A stretch of DNA of 35,187 bases from Bacteroidales bacterium (GCA_035389045.1 DAOORA010000048.1:1-35187); one strand, 5' to 3'. Counted from the stretch's first letter, positions 1 through 9,769 are shown. A program made the numbers and translations. The notes: generated by a model not told the origin, from the sequence alone.

Positions 1-32
1 TATGGGTTACAAACGCAAGCAAACAAGAAAAC

Positions 33-130
33 GGTTCGTATTACAAACTACGAACGACTGGTTTTTTTACAACATTTATAAAGTGTTTTTTGTTTTATTG
101 CACGCGTTGCGAACGCGCGCGTACCGGGGG
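33..130. repeat. REP-like short palindromes (GTTCGTA-ttacaaac-TACGAAC; GCACGCGTTGCGAACGCGCGC)
   Basis: Two short inverted repeats with TT(A/G)C(A/G)AA-type loops in non-coding DNA, similar to Bacteroidota extragenic palindromes. Confidence 0.4.
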
Positions 131-137
131 CGGCCAG

Positions 138-175
138 CAGGAATGAAGATAAAAAACAGGAATGAAGATAAAAAA
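138..175. repeat. Perfect 19-bp tandem duplication CAGGAATGAAGATAAAAAA x2
   Basis: Copies at 138-156 and 157-175 are read directly. Confidence 0.9.
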
Positions 176-198
176 TTTATGTTATTATTCTGCTGCTC

Positions 199-237
199 AA
201 AAAAATGAAAGGCCTGTAAAATCAATGTTTACAGGCC
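199..237 (-). terminator. Intrinsic terminator after tRNA-Met
   Basis: Stem GGCCTGTAAA (211-220) / TTTACAGGCC (228-237). The A-run to the left gives a U-tract on the minus strand. Confidence 0.65.
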
Positions 238-245
238 ATTTTTAG

Positions 246-319
246 TAGCGGGGACGAGAGTTGAACTCGTGACCTTCGGGTTATGAATCCGACGCTCTAA
301 CCACCTGAGCTACCCCGCC
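246..319 (-). tRNA. tRNA-Met (CAT), probably elongator; CCA not encoded
   Basis: Reverse complement is GGCGGGGTAGCTCAGGTGGTTAGAGCGTCGGATTCATAACCCGAAGGTCACGAGTTCAACTCTCGTCCCCGCTA. It forms a full cloverleaf with anticodon loop TTCATAA. Confidence 0.95.
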
Positions 320-479
320 GAAGTCTATTTTATTACCTCTATTTAAAGAGCTGCAAAAATACACATTTTATTTTAACCAAAAAACAATATTCTTTTTATC
401 ACCTCTTCGTCCCCGTATGACTGTCAATTCCTTTTGCAACGTATTACTTTTGTCAAATTAACCTGTAATACAGCATTTT

Positions 480-2021
480 TCAGGATTCAAATTTCCAGAC
501 TGTTTTTCCGGTTTGTACATCTATACATATTCCGCCATATTCGCCAAAAAAGAAGATGATCTGGTTTCCTGACCTTGTGATTTTAACATATCTGGCATCA
601 TTGAAGTAATAATTGTTTTCTATCATGTCGTCAATATTCGGAAAATCATGCTGCCTGATCGTGAACAAAGTTCTTCCTGTAACATCTATACCGCTTATCA
701 GTACTTCTGCATCCTTGCTTATCGCCGTTTGATGCATGACGATCACAAGAGATTCATCGAAATACATGATATTGGCGCTCAGGAAATACGTATCACTGCA
801 AAGCGGAATAAGATCAAAATGCTCATATCCATAATTATTTCGTTTATCCAAATAATATCCAGCATTAAGGCTGTTTGCTCCCGCCAGGTTTGTGAGCGTT
901 CTGAAGCTATTGGTATCTGCCGTCCTGACTACATACAACTGATGTTTTTCAACGGAATTCGGAACGGCTGAAAGAGCAAAAACGAACTTGTTGTCTTTAA
1001 TAAAACGGTCAGCTTTTTCCTGGGAATATTTATACAACTCATCTTCTGTATAAATAAATTTATTTTTCAATATATCATAATAACATTTATTTCCGTCGTT
1101 TGTAGTTATCGCATACATATCATCCGTGCTGAATTTGTTGCTTGTATATTGTTTTTGTATTTCGGAAATACCTTTGGCAAAAATGGCATCGGTTTTCTGG
1201 AATGTTTGAATATCTGATATTTTTTTGAAGTTAACAGCATCATATATATCCATAACGGGTGTTTCACCAATGCCGACGATATATACATTTTTACCTTGCT
1301 GATGGATATAGAAATTTGCAGAATAGTTGTCAACATTAGCTTTTTTATCCTTAATGGCTTTGACCTTATTATTCGTGAGCGGATCATAGATATTGATAAA
1401 GAGCTTACCGGACGATTTGCAGCGGACTTCCCAGATATTTCCCGGGTTTTCGTCCGTTTTTATAAATTGTACATCATTGAACCTTCTGTCCGACGTATCA
1501 AATAAATTGATAACTAAGGGCAAAACAACAGAAGAAGATATTATCGGTACATAAATAAGCAGAAACCAGTTGATTTTTTTCGATTTTCCGGAGGCAACAC
1601 GTATGGTCTGAGGAATGACAACATGATACTGATCCTTTGGATCTATATGTACATTGATATTCTGGCCAACGGTGTAGACGTTCTGGTTTTCAAATGTATT
1701 TTTTATGGTAATACCCGTAACATATTCCCGGTCGGGATGGCCGACAAGCAGTTGTAATACCGTATAGCGGGCGCCGGCCGGTTTTACAGCCAAAATTCCG
1801 GCTTTAACCTTAGGTGTTTCGTTAATAATTTTTAACTCTTCCTTATCCCTTGCTCTTTTTCTGAAGATTACGAAGAGAATAACAGCTACGAAAACCACCA
1901 GTGATGCAGCCAATATCAGATAGGAAGCGGTGCGGTTCTGAATAAAAAAAACAGCGTAAATAACAACTAATATCAGGAGTATAAAAAGAAATAATTCCGT
2001 AATTTTTGAAATTCTGCTCAT
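480..2021 (-). CDS. Membrane protein, 513 aa: two N-terminal TM helices, a small beta domain, a third TM and a large beta-rich C-terminal domain
   Basis: Hydrophobic segments lie at about aa 8-27, 33-53 and 152-174. The C-terminus ends in a propeller-like blade (GGICIDVQTGKTVWKF). It is the last gene of the kinase operon. Confidence 0.75.
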   Translation of the reverse strand: MSRISKITELFLFILLILVVIYAVFFIQNRTASYLILAASLVVFVAVILFVIFRKRARDKEELKIINETPKVKAGILAVKPAGARYTVLQLLVGHPDREYVTGITIKNTFENQNVYTVGQNINVHIDPKDQYHVVIPQTIRVASGKSKKINWFLLIYVPIISSSVVLPLVINLFDTSDRRFNDVQFIKTDENPGNIWEVRCKSSGKLFINIYDPLTNNKVKAIKDKKANVDNYSANFYIHQQGKNVYIVGIGETPVMDIYDAVNFKKISDIQTFQKTDAIFAKGISEIQKQYTSNKFSTDDMYAITTNDGNKCYYDILKNKFIYTEDELYKYSQEKADRFIKDNKFVFALSAVPNSVEKHQLYVVRTADTNSFRTLTNLAGANSLNAGYYLDKRNNYGYEHFDLIPLCSDTYFLSANIMYFDESLVIVMHQTAISKDAEVLISGIDVTGRTLFTIRQHDFPNIDDMIENNYYFNDARYVKITRSGNQIIFFFGEYGGICIDVQTGKTVWKFES

Positions 2022-2041
2022 CTATAAATTATTTATGTTGT

Positions 2042-2755
2042 TTATATCCCCAGGAATTCAACAGCCACTGCGCTTATGTTATCATCGGAGCCAAAGGCAA
2101 GGCAGTTTTCTTTTATCTTTATTATTTTTTCATACAGGCTCCGGGATGAGGTCAGTATGGATTTCACTATTTTTATGTTCAGCGATTTAAACAAGCCGTC
2201 GGAACATAACAGAAAAATATCGTTTTTCAGTAATTCCGGTTTGACCCAATCCGTATTGATTTTTAAAATATTGTTGTTTCCACCGAAATAATTGATCAAT
2301 GGGCTGTTTGTTTTATTTTCATCGCTGACTTCATCCGAAGAGATTTTTAACAGCATATCATTCCGAAGCAGCCATATTTCAGAGTCGCCGACCTGTATAA
2401 AGTCGACAAAATCGTCAAATGCGATCATTCCGGACAAGGTACAGGCACAACCTTTTTTTGAATTATCACTTTCCGATACAGCAAGCAGCTGACTGTTTGT
2501 ATTATATAAAATGCCGCTGATATCCTTAAAATTTTCGGGTACAAGTTTTAACAGTTCCGATAATACAAATGCCGAAGCAAAGCCGCCCGCATTGTTTCCT
2601 CCGACGCCATCGGAAACAAAACACAGGCATTTTTCATTTTCTGTTAACAGTATCTCACCCTCGTTGATCAGCGCCCCATTGACCAGGATATTATCTTCAT
2701 TTGATACATATTTACCTGTTCCTTTGTTTGTAAAACCGCTTATATTGAATTTCAT
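2042..2755 (-). CDS. PP2C/PPM-family Ser/Thr phosphatase
   Basis: Motifs NEDN, SDGVGG, QVGDS, LLCSDGL and DDNIS. Confidence 0.92.
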   Translation of the reverse strand: MKFNISGFTNKGTGKYVSNEDNILVNGALINEGEILLTENEKCLCFVSDGVGGNNAGGFASAFVLSELLKLVPENFKDISGILYNTNSQLLAVSESDNSKKGCACTLSGMIAFDDFVDFIQVGDSEIWLLRNDMLLKISSDEVSDENKTNSPLINYFGGNNNILKINTDWVKPELLKNDIFLLCSDGLFKSLNIKIVKSILTSSRSLYEKIIKIKENCLAFGSDDNISAVAVEFLGI

Positions 2756-2766
2756 AACACCGATGT

Positions 2767-3408
2767 TTAAAGATCTTTTTTAGTTTCTGATATTTCCACC
2801 ATGCTGTTACTTGTCATACATTTCGGACATATTTCATAATAGGTTTCCGATTCAAAACCACAACCTTCGTTACATTTATACCTGCGGTGAATCTGTGCAT
2901 CAGCCTGTTCGCTGACAGCGCCCGTCATTTCAGCATTTCCACTTTCTTCGTACTGGTATTGCACCAGAAAAGCCTCTTTGCCAAGAAATAGGATGCTGTT
3001 GTTTTCTATCCTCTGCGGCTCTTTTGAACAATCAATTTTATTCACGCCATAAAATGTACCGTTCAGTGAGCCTTCGTCCTTCAGATAATACTGGCCGTCA
3101 ACAAGTTTTACCGAGCAGTGTTTTCTGCTGATGACATTTTTTCCGTTGACAATAATTCCTGAAAGCAATTGCGATCCGGTATTTTCCCGGCCCAGAATGC
3201 AGTATGGCCCGTCAATTACAATCGTCCCGGAATTTTGCTGATATATCAGTTTTAATCCGCACAACGTTCCCTTACTTTCATCAGTAACTTCTTCAGACAC
3301 CACAGTATCATCAAAGGTTGTGAAACAAAAAGAACACTCCGCCGGCCTGGATTCGGCCTTTTCAAAAAGGTTTGTATTGGAACAGTTCGGACAAATGATC
3401 TGAAACAT
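2767..3408 (-). CDS. FHA-domain protein with N- and C-terminal Zn-ribbon motifs
   Basis: FHA signature LGR...ISRKH...GSLNGTF. CPNC/CSFC at the N-terminus and CNEGC/CPKC at the C-terminus. Confidence 0.9.
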   Translation of the reverse strand: MFQIICPNCSNTNLFEKAESRPAECSFCFTTFDDTVVSEEVTDESKGTLCGLKLIYQQNSGTIVIDGPYCILGRENTGSQLLSGIIVNGKNVISRKHCSVKLVDGQYYLKDEGSLNGTFYGVNKIDCSKEPQRIENNSILFLGKEAFLVQYQYEESGNAEMTGAVSEQADAQIHRRYKCNEGCGFESETYYEICPKCMTSNSMVEISETKKDL

Positions 3409-3422
3409 AATATCAACAATAT

Positions 3423-4037
3423 TTATACTATTCGAAAACCGGGTTTAACAGATGACAAATTAGTTACCATTGTTTCTATTTCGCCTTTGGCAGGTATGCC
3501 GGCCATGTACACAACATCTCTCTCAATATTCAGCGACCATTTTTTATCAGGATCCGCCATATCAACTTTACGGGCTTTATGTTCAGCGATCTGGTATACC
3601 GATTGGTTTCCCGACCCCTTCAAAGAACTGTTTGACGGCAGGTTTTGTTCATAACGGCCGTCGATGATATAATCCAGGCAGTTCATGAATGACTTATCAG
3701 GAAACATCTGCTCCAGTTCCGGTAAATAATATCCTGTATAACAAAGGAGGTTCAGCGCCGTTCTGCGTTTTATCATCGACGCAAAAACCATAAGTTGCGG
3801 GTACTGATCGAACGGTTCCCCTCCGGTGATGGTAATACCATCATAATCCCTGCAGATTTCACTGGCCATCTGTGTTACAGAGAGCATATCCAGTGATTTT
3901 CCATTGTTTTCGGGCCAGGTGGATTTATTGATACAGCCCGGGCAACAGATCGAACAGCCCTGCACCCATATCCCCAGTCTTTTTCCGGGGCCAAGATTAT
4001 AAACAGGGTACTGAATTTTATTCAGTTGCCATTTCAT
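3423..4037 (-). CDS. Radical SAM 4Fe-4S protein, NrdG/activase-like
   Basis: GPGKRLGIWVQG-CSICCPGC (CxxxCxxC), GITITGGEPFDQ, YTGY, IDGRY and GSGNQ. Its start overlaps the ATPase stop (ATGA). Confidence 0.88.
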   Translation of the reverse strand: MKWQLNKIQYPVYNLGPGKRLGIWVQGCSICCPGCINKSTWPENNGKSLDMLSVTQMASEICRDYDGITITGGEPFDQYPQLMVFASMIKRRTALNLLCYTGYYLPELEQMFPDKSFMNCLDYIIDGRYEQNLPSNSSLKGSGNQSVYQIAEHKARKVDMADPDKKWSLNIERDVVYMAGIPAKGEIETMVTNLSSVKPGFRIV

Positions 4038-5890
4038 TCGAAGATTATTTTTGCATTCTTAAACTTCACCGAAATATTGCAGTTTTCGGTCTTGCGGCTC
4101 TCAAACATAAAATTGGTAAGACCGTTCTTTATATAAGTTTCTATCCTGTTCACGATACCGCGACCGCCCATTTCGAGGTTATCATCAGCACACTGTTTCA
4201 TAAATTCTTCAACAAATTCATCATCGTAGGCAAAATCGATGTTCCTGCTTTTTTTCAGGTTGGTTTGTATCACGTTCAGGTTTTTTATAATGATTTTCAC
4301 TGCGATCTCCGGCCTGATATAATCGAACACAACAAAGTTATCCCCGAAGCGGTTGAATATTTCGGGGCGGCCCAGCGTGCTGCCGAAAAACGACTTAATT
4401 TCATCTTTGATCTTTTTTTCAATAGTCTTGTAATCGTCTGAATAAAGGACATATTGTGCCCGTTTACCCGAGCCGTCGTCTTTGAACATCCCCAGATTGC
4501 TCGTAAACACGATCAATGCCTGTGAAAAATATACCGTTTCGCCCTTCCCGTCTGTAAGCCTCCCATCATCGAGAATCTGTAAAAATTTATCAAAAACTTT
4601 CGGATGGGCTTTTTCGATTTCGTCGAACAAAATAATGCTGAAAGGTTTTTTGCGGACCGCATCGGTAAGTTGGCCTCCGGCTTCATAGCCGACATATCCG
4701 GGTGGGCTTCCGATAAGTTTTACATCGGAATTGCTGTCGTTGTATTCGCTCATGTCAAAACGTATCATGGCATCTTCATCGCTGAATATCAGCTCGGCCA
4801 GAGACTTTGCCAGTTCGGTCTTGCCGGTTCCTGTCGGCCCGGCAAAGAACAATACTCCTTTAGGTTTGTTTGAATGTCTGGTTTTATCGATGGAATCCAT
4901 CCCGAGTTTCGACCTGCGCACGATCTCCACAGCTTTTTCAATGGCTTTTTCCTGTCCCAGCACTCTTTTACGGAGTTCATTCCCTGCTTCCTCAACTCTG
5001 GAATAATCAAGTTTTTCCCACGGATTTTCCCTGACGCCGTACTTAAAAAGTTCCACGATCTCTTTCATCCGGTTGATATGCATTTTCTCCTGCCTCGAAA
5101 TGGTTATCAGGTTTTCCAGTTCGCGGTTGGGAAAACCTTCGGTCAGGTCGGGAAACACTTTTCCGATTTCCTTAAGGTCGGGTTCTTGTCCTTCGGAATA
5201 AAATAAATGATGACGCTGCCAGAAAAAACGTTCACGTTCTTCCCTGCCCGGCCGGCAGATATTGATTTCTTTAGTCAGCGGGTTTTCAATAAGCATCCAG
5301 GCCGGAATATCGTTCAGTTTGTCGCAGATGAAAATCATGATGTTGCGCATCCCTTCTTTATCGGAAAAAGCAAACGACTCCTGTGCCGCCTTGACCATCT
5401 TCAGAAAAGTGGGTTTTATAGTTTCTTCCAGGGCATTGGGATTGGAAGTGAAACGGGAGGCAAAATTCAGGATACAGGCCGTCAGCTTATTGGTGTTGCC
5501 CATCAGCTCACGATAAAAGGCCACGGCATCATCCAGTTTTCTGGCTCTGGCATTTTTCAGATAGGCTTCGGCATCCAGGTTTTTAAGCTTCAGGGAACTG
5601 CAGACATTGTCGGTGGTAATCGTGTTATCTGAGGAAATCAGTGTCAAACCATCTACGACATCAAAATAACTTATCAATTCAAAATTCTCTAACAACAGGT
5701 ATTTCTGCAACAACTCCCTTATATCGTTGAATTTGGCATATTTAAGTTCAGAGGCGTCTTTGGCTTCTTTGTAATTGACGGGGAAATAATAGCAATCATA
5801 AATATTTCCGAAAAGAAAAATTTGTGACTTCAGCGCCTGAAATCGTTTGACTTCCTGCAACCATGCCGGAAAAATGTCTTTTGTTTCCAT
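4034..5890 (-). CDS. AAA+ ATPase with a ClpA/B D2-type C-terminal module and a divergent N-terminal domain
   Basis: Walker A GPTGTGKTELAK, FDMSEY, pore loop GSPPGYVGYE, Walker B LFDEIEKAHP and LQILDDGRLTD. No second Walker A or Clp N-domain is visible. Confidence 0.9.
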   Translation of the reverse strand: METKDIFPAWLQEVKRFQALKSQIFLFGNIYDCYYFPVNYKEAKDASELKYAKFNDIRELLQKYLLLENFELISYFDVVDGLTLISSDNTITTDNVCSSLKLKNLDAEAYLKNARARKLDDAVAFYRELMGNTNKLTACILNFASRFTSNPNALEETIKPTFLKMVKAAQESFAFSDKEGMRNIMIFICDKLNDIPAWMLIENPLTKEINICRPGREERERFFWQRHHLFYSEGQEPDLKEIGKVFPDLTEGFPNRELENLITISRQEKMHINRMKEIVELFKYGVRENPWEKLDYSRVEEAGNELRKRVLGQEKAIEKAVEIVRRSKLGMDSIDKTRHSNKPKGVLFFAGPTGTGKTELAKSLAELIFSDEDAMIRFDMSEYNDSNSDVKLIGSPPGYVGYEAGGQLTDAVRKKPFSIILFDEIEKAHPKVFDKFLQILDDGRLTDGKGETVYFSQALIVFTSNLGMFKDDGSGKRAQYVLYSDDYKTIEKKIKDEIKSFFGSTLGRPEIFNRFGDNFVVFDYIRPEIAVKIIIKNLNVIQTNLKKSRNIDFAYDDEFVEEFMKQCADDNLEMGGRGIVNRIETYIKNGLTNFMFESRKTENCNISVKFKNAKIIFE

Positions 5891-5891
5891 G

Positions 5892-7427
5892 TTATTCCAA
5901 GTATAATTTTTTTATTTGTTCTTTTCGCTGCTGTTGCTGGTGATCCTTTTTGATCGCAGCACTTATGGCCTCAGGGATGGTGATCATCGAATCAGGGCAA
6001 ACCGGTTTTTCGCTCTCCAGGTCAATAGTGACACCCATTTTTTTCAGATCTCCCAGCACGGTCATAAAATCGCTGCAGGTCGTTTCCATTTCGTGCAGTT
6101 TCATTTTTTGCTCCTCTACGCTCAGCTCGCTTTTTTTCTGAGGTATTTCAAAAACGTACCTGAAAGAGCCGTCATCTTTGAATTTAATATTAAGCAGGTT
6201 TTCCTGCCCGGGCGCTCTTAAATAAAAATCATTGTTTTTTTCAAAATCAATGACGTTAAGGTCTTCCATCACCTCATAACCCAGGTTTTCGAAATTTAGA
6301 ATGATCTGGCTCTTGATAAAAAGATGTTCTTTCTTTTTTATAGCCGCTTCTTCTTCTAATTCCCGGTTCCTGACAAATAACGACTCTGTATCGCTTTTCA
6401 GGGCGCTCAATTCTTTTTCGGATACTTTGGTATTGTTTAAAAGTTTTAAGGATTTCTTCAACAAGCGTTCTTTGTCATGATACAGTGATTTGTCAATCCG
6501 GCAGGTATTAAGATGAGCTATAATATCGTTAATAATCAATTTGTTTTTGCGTGATGATTCAAGTTCCAGTATCCTGTCGTGCAGTTCCTGATAAAAAAAC
6601 AAACTGTTCACGCTTTCGCTCTGCTTCAATTTATTAAATTGTTCTATATATATACTGCCGGAAGCGGCATCATCACAATCTCTGATAAGAGAATCAATTT
6701 TTTGAGACACCCTGTCAATTTCAGAAAGCGACGGATCTTTCACTTTTTTCTTTTCATTAACAGGACTCTGCATATTATCAGTGTTAATGATCTTATCCAT
6801 CAGCCCGAGCCTGATTTTTTTCACAAAGTTTTCTTTTTCGCTAACCTGATCCATGACCTTGTCTTTCTCATCAGCCGACTGCTTATCAAATCCCCAGTTA
6901 AATTTTACAATTTCAGGCTCATAATCAATGACGCCGTATTTCCTTTTTGTCTCTTCAACCCATGCGGCATTTTCCTTTGAAAAGTTTTTATCCAGGTTGT
7001 CCGAAGTATCGGTTTTGAACTTCTTGAAAGACTCACGGGCGTTTATAACAAACTGTTTATAATCCTTATAGGCTTTACAATCATTTTGCTTTGAATGAAA
7101 ATCTGAAAGAATGGTTTCACATTTTTCAATAGTTTCAGATAACATCTTTGCTCTTTTGTTGATCCGGGCGGCTATCGTCCCGTATGTTTTCGCATCGAAA
7201 GTCCCTTGGTAATCAAAAACCATTGTTTTTAATGCATTTTCTATGTCGGCGGAAATTTTCTTAAAACTTTCACCGCAATCAAAATGCACGTTTAATTCTT
7301 CCTCATCGATGACGGCCTTCTGAATTTCGATGCTTAAACTGGTCAGTTTTACCTGTAACCGCATTAGATCCTTCAGGCTGCCTTTAAATGCATCCAAGGT
7401 ATACCTGATAACTTTTGGCCCGCTCAT
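5892..7427 (-). CDS. Hypothetical charged, helical/coiled-coil protein (511 aa)
   Basis: Long K/E-rich ORF whose stop lies 1 nt from the ATPase start. It begins MSGPK. Confidence 0.8.
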   Translation of the reverse strand: MSGPKVIRYTLDAFKGSLKDLMRLQVKLTSLSIEIQKAVIDEEELNVHFDCGESFKKISADIENALKTMVFDYQGTFDAKTYGTIAARINKRAKMLSETIEKCETILSDFHSKQNDCKAYKDYKQFVINARESFKKFKTDTSDNLDKNFSKENAAWVEETKRKYGVIDYEPEIVKFNWGFDKQSADEKDKVMDQVSEKENFVKKIRLGLMDKIINTDNMQSPVNEKKKVKDPSLSEIDRVSQKIDSLIRDCDDAASGSIYIEQFNKLKQSESVNSLFFYQELHDRILELESSRKNKLIINDIIAHLNTCRIDKSLYHDKERLLKKSLKLLNNTKVSEKELSALKSDTESLFVRNRELEEEAAIKKKEHLFIKSQIILNFENLGYEVMEDLNVIDFEKNNDFYLRAPGQENLLNIKFKDDGSFRYVFEIPQKKSELSVEEQKMKLHEMETTCSDFMTVLGDLKKMGVTIDLESEKPVCPDSMITIPEAISAAIKKDHQQQQRKEQIKKLYLE

Positions 7428-7464
7428 ATATCTTTTTATCCCCCTGTTAATTACTAAAAATCAG

Positions 7465-9672
7465 TTATTTGATGTTTTGAAGCAGGATCAACAATACCAT
7501 TGCCAGTGATAACACGAAGGCTGCTATGAATATACTATTGTTCAGCATGAAGTTTTTTTTATGCCGGGCAATAAACAATTTTTTTGCAGCTTCCAGAGAT
7601 TCTTCGGAAAAATTGATGTCTTTATGTTCTTCTTTTACAAAACTTAAAAACGATTGAGCGGCAGGATTTGCAAACATCATGTTTTTGGCTGTATATATGA
7701 ATCCCTCCTTTACCCTGAATGGAAATTTTTCCTGTATGCCTTTTTGTTTCAGATAGGCGTCAAGGGTGCTGACGATTGAATAATGAACATGGCATACTTT
7801 TTCAAATGCAATATATTCAGGGTGAATTTCAGATTCAGCATATTTTGAAAGCACACCGCCGACAAGGTCCGGAAGTTCAGTATTGACAAGCCCCGCCATG
7901 TTAAAAACTTTCAGCAGTGTATTTCTTTCAAAGGTATGATAACGGTCACGAAAAAGGTCTTTGTTTTTTAAATAAAAAATAGTCAGTTCTTCAGCGGACC
8001 TGATGGGTTTATCCGCATTATCAGGATAAGCTCTTTCATTGTTGAACGAATAGAACAACTGTATCATGTACTGATAATTTGGCTGTGCCTTGTTAGGGAA
8101 AATCTGGGCCGGCAGAAAGGTACGGAAGTCAAATTCATCAGCAATATGAATGACGGAGGAAGCGGGATTATAGAGTTTATTTAACAGAGCCGGAATAGTT
8201 TTATTTTCCGGGTTCAGGTAATGCAATACTTTTAAACTGTATTCCAACTGAAAAAAGTATTTTGACAACATATCGTGCCCGGTAAACCGGTATACGCTGT
8301 CAATTTTACCCATATAATTCTTTACAACACCGGCGACATTATCCGTATCGCTGAAAGAATAACTTGTGTTTTCGATTTTCAGCGGGCGCTGAGGCAGCAG
8401 AAACATCGTTACGGCGGCCTGCAGTATAGTTTTTCCGGAAAGCCGGTATATGCTGACCAGTTTTTCAAAACGTTTACGTTCAGGAATACCGATATAGTCG
8501 TCAAGCCAGTCCTTTACCAGCTTGTACACTTCGGGGTCTTCAAAAAAATCCTGAAACCAGGATGACTTCGATTCTATGTAACGGATGAATTCTTCAGCGG
8601 TAGAAATCACAACCGGTCCTATTTCCAGCGGTTTTGTATCAGAAGATTCTTTCATGCGGTATGACACATGGACATCTTCGCCCTTCAGCCATTTTTCCAC
8701 CTCTGTGGCTCCCCAGCGGTTCTGGTGATTGACCAGGGTAAGGCCTTCAATAATTGAGTTCAATCGCTTGAGCGAAGGGTCAAATGTGATGATGGGGACA
8801 AGGTTGTATTGCCGTTCGACGATTTCTTCAAATTTGTCTTTGTCTATTTCACGGTAAAACTTATCCGAAGTCAGCGCTTCCGGGTATACCAGGTGGAGCA
8901 GTACCATGCCGAATGAATAGTAATCATTTTTTTCTGATACTATGCCTCTGGCCTGTTCCGGCGGAAGATAGAATTCCGTTCCTTTGATCGTGGTTGATTT
9001 ACGTAATTCTTTCTCGGATTTCAGATCATAGGCCTTGGCCGAACCATAGTCACCCAGAACAATATCGGTCTGCTCCTTATCTTTATACAGAATATTCCCG
9101 GGTTTCAGGTCGCAGTGGTATATTTTATATTCGTGTAAGCGGGTTATGGCAAGAAACAGTTGAGGAATTATTTCTCCTTCAATAAATCCGGGGGTATACT
9201 TTTTTTTAAAATCCTCCACTTCCAGTATATTGCCTCCTTCGGCAAATTCCGAAATTTCATAGCAATAGTTCCCGCCGTATTTTTCATCCCCTGTGCCATA
9301 ATCAATAAGCCTTAAAATATCCGGGTCGTTAATATTTTTAATCCGTTCAAGCGCCAGGCTGTTGGGCTCTTCAGCCTCATCGTTAAATTCGTAATAAAGT
9401 TTCAATGCATATTTGTTGCCGGAACTATCAGTAATCAAAAAAACATTGGCTTCGCCGGTACCTTCTGAGATAACTCTTTCTACTGTATAATCAACCTGTT
9501 TAAGCCTTATAACTTCACCGGCATGGACACCCTGTGAATTACCGGTCTTTTTGTTTTCATTTGAAGAATATAGGCCGGTCTTTTCCCTCTCTGCATTATT
9601 ATTATAAATACCGGTTTTACTGTTGATATTTTCTTCTGCACCAGTATCAGCATTGTTGTTTTCTTTTTTCAC
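7465..9672 (-). CDS. Hanks-type Ser/Thr protein kinase with a C-terminal TM anchor
   Basis: GTGEANVF, ALKLY, HCDLKPGN, DYG, GTEFYLPPE, DYYSFG and a hydrophobic C-terminus. The start is placed at the in-frame GTG at 9672 (VKKENNN) because the ORF-track start at 9762 overlaps a TATATTTG promoter box. Confidence 0.9.
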   Translation of the reverse strand: MKKENNNADTGAEENINSKTGIYNNNAEREKTGLYSSNENKKTGNSQGVHAGEVIRLKQVDYTVERVISEGTGEANVFLITDSSGNKYALKLYYEFNDEAEEPNSLALERIKNINDPDILRLIDYGTGDEKYGGNYCYEISEFAEGGNILEVEDFKKKYTPGFIEGEIIPQLFLAITRLHEYKIYHCDLKPGNILYKDKEQTDIVLGDYGSAKAYDLKSEKELRKSTTIKGTEFYLPPEQARGIVSEKNDYYSFGMVLLHLVYPEALTSDKFYREIDKDKFEEIVERQYNLVPIITFDPSLKRLNSIIEGLTLVNHQNRWGATEVEKWLKGEDVHVSYRMKESSDTKPLEIGPVVISTAEEFIRYIESKSSWFQDFFEDPEVYKLVKDWLDDYIGIPERKRFEKLVSIYRLSGKTILQAAVTMFLLPQRPLKIENTSYSFSDTDNVAGVVKNYMGKIDSVYRFTGHDMLSKYFFQLEYSLKVLHYLNPENKTIPALLNKLYNPASSVIHIADEFDFRTFLPAQIFPNKAQPNYQYMIQLFYSFNNERAYPDNADKPIRSAEELTIFYLKNKDLFRDRYHTFERNTLLKVFNMAGLVNTELPDLVGGVLSKYAESEIHPEYIAFEKVCHVHYSIVSTLDAYLKQKGIQEKFPFRVKEGFIYTAKNMMFANPAAQSFLSFVKEEHKDINFSEESLEAAKKLFIARHKKNFMLNNSIFIAAFVLSLAMVLLILLQNIK

Positions 9673-9761
9673 CAGATTCTTATTTTGAAATAGTGCTATT
9701 TTCTCAGACCAAATCACACACCTGTGTATTTTTAAGGTATAAGTCGTTTGCTTCCCTGACA

Positions 9762-9769
9762 CAAATATA
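9762..9769 (-). promoter_or_regulatory. Bacteroidota -7 promoter box (TATATTTG) for the kinase operon
   Basis: Matches the TAnnTTTG consensus about 90 nt upstream of the proposed start. Confidence 0.5.

Noticed and set aside
403..415. CTCTTCGTCCCCG resembling the inverted 3' end of tRNA-Met
   Set aside because: Only a 9-bp exact match, and in the wrong orientation for an att duplication.
3423..4037. Gene symbol nrdG
   Set aside because: There is no nrdD in the window, and the operon context argues for a different role.
4034..5890. Calling the ATPase clpB/clpA or T6SS clpV
   Set aside because: It has only one intact AAA module, no Clp N-domain or M-domain, and no T6SS structural genes are nearby.
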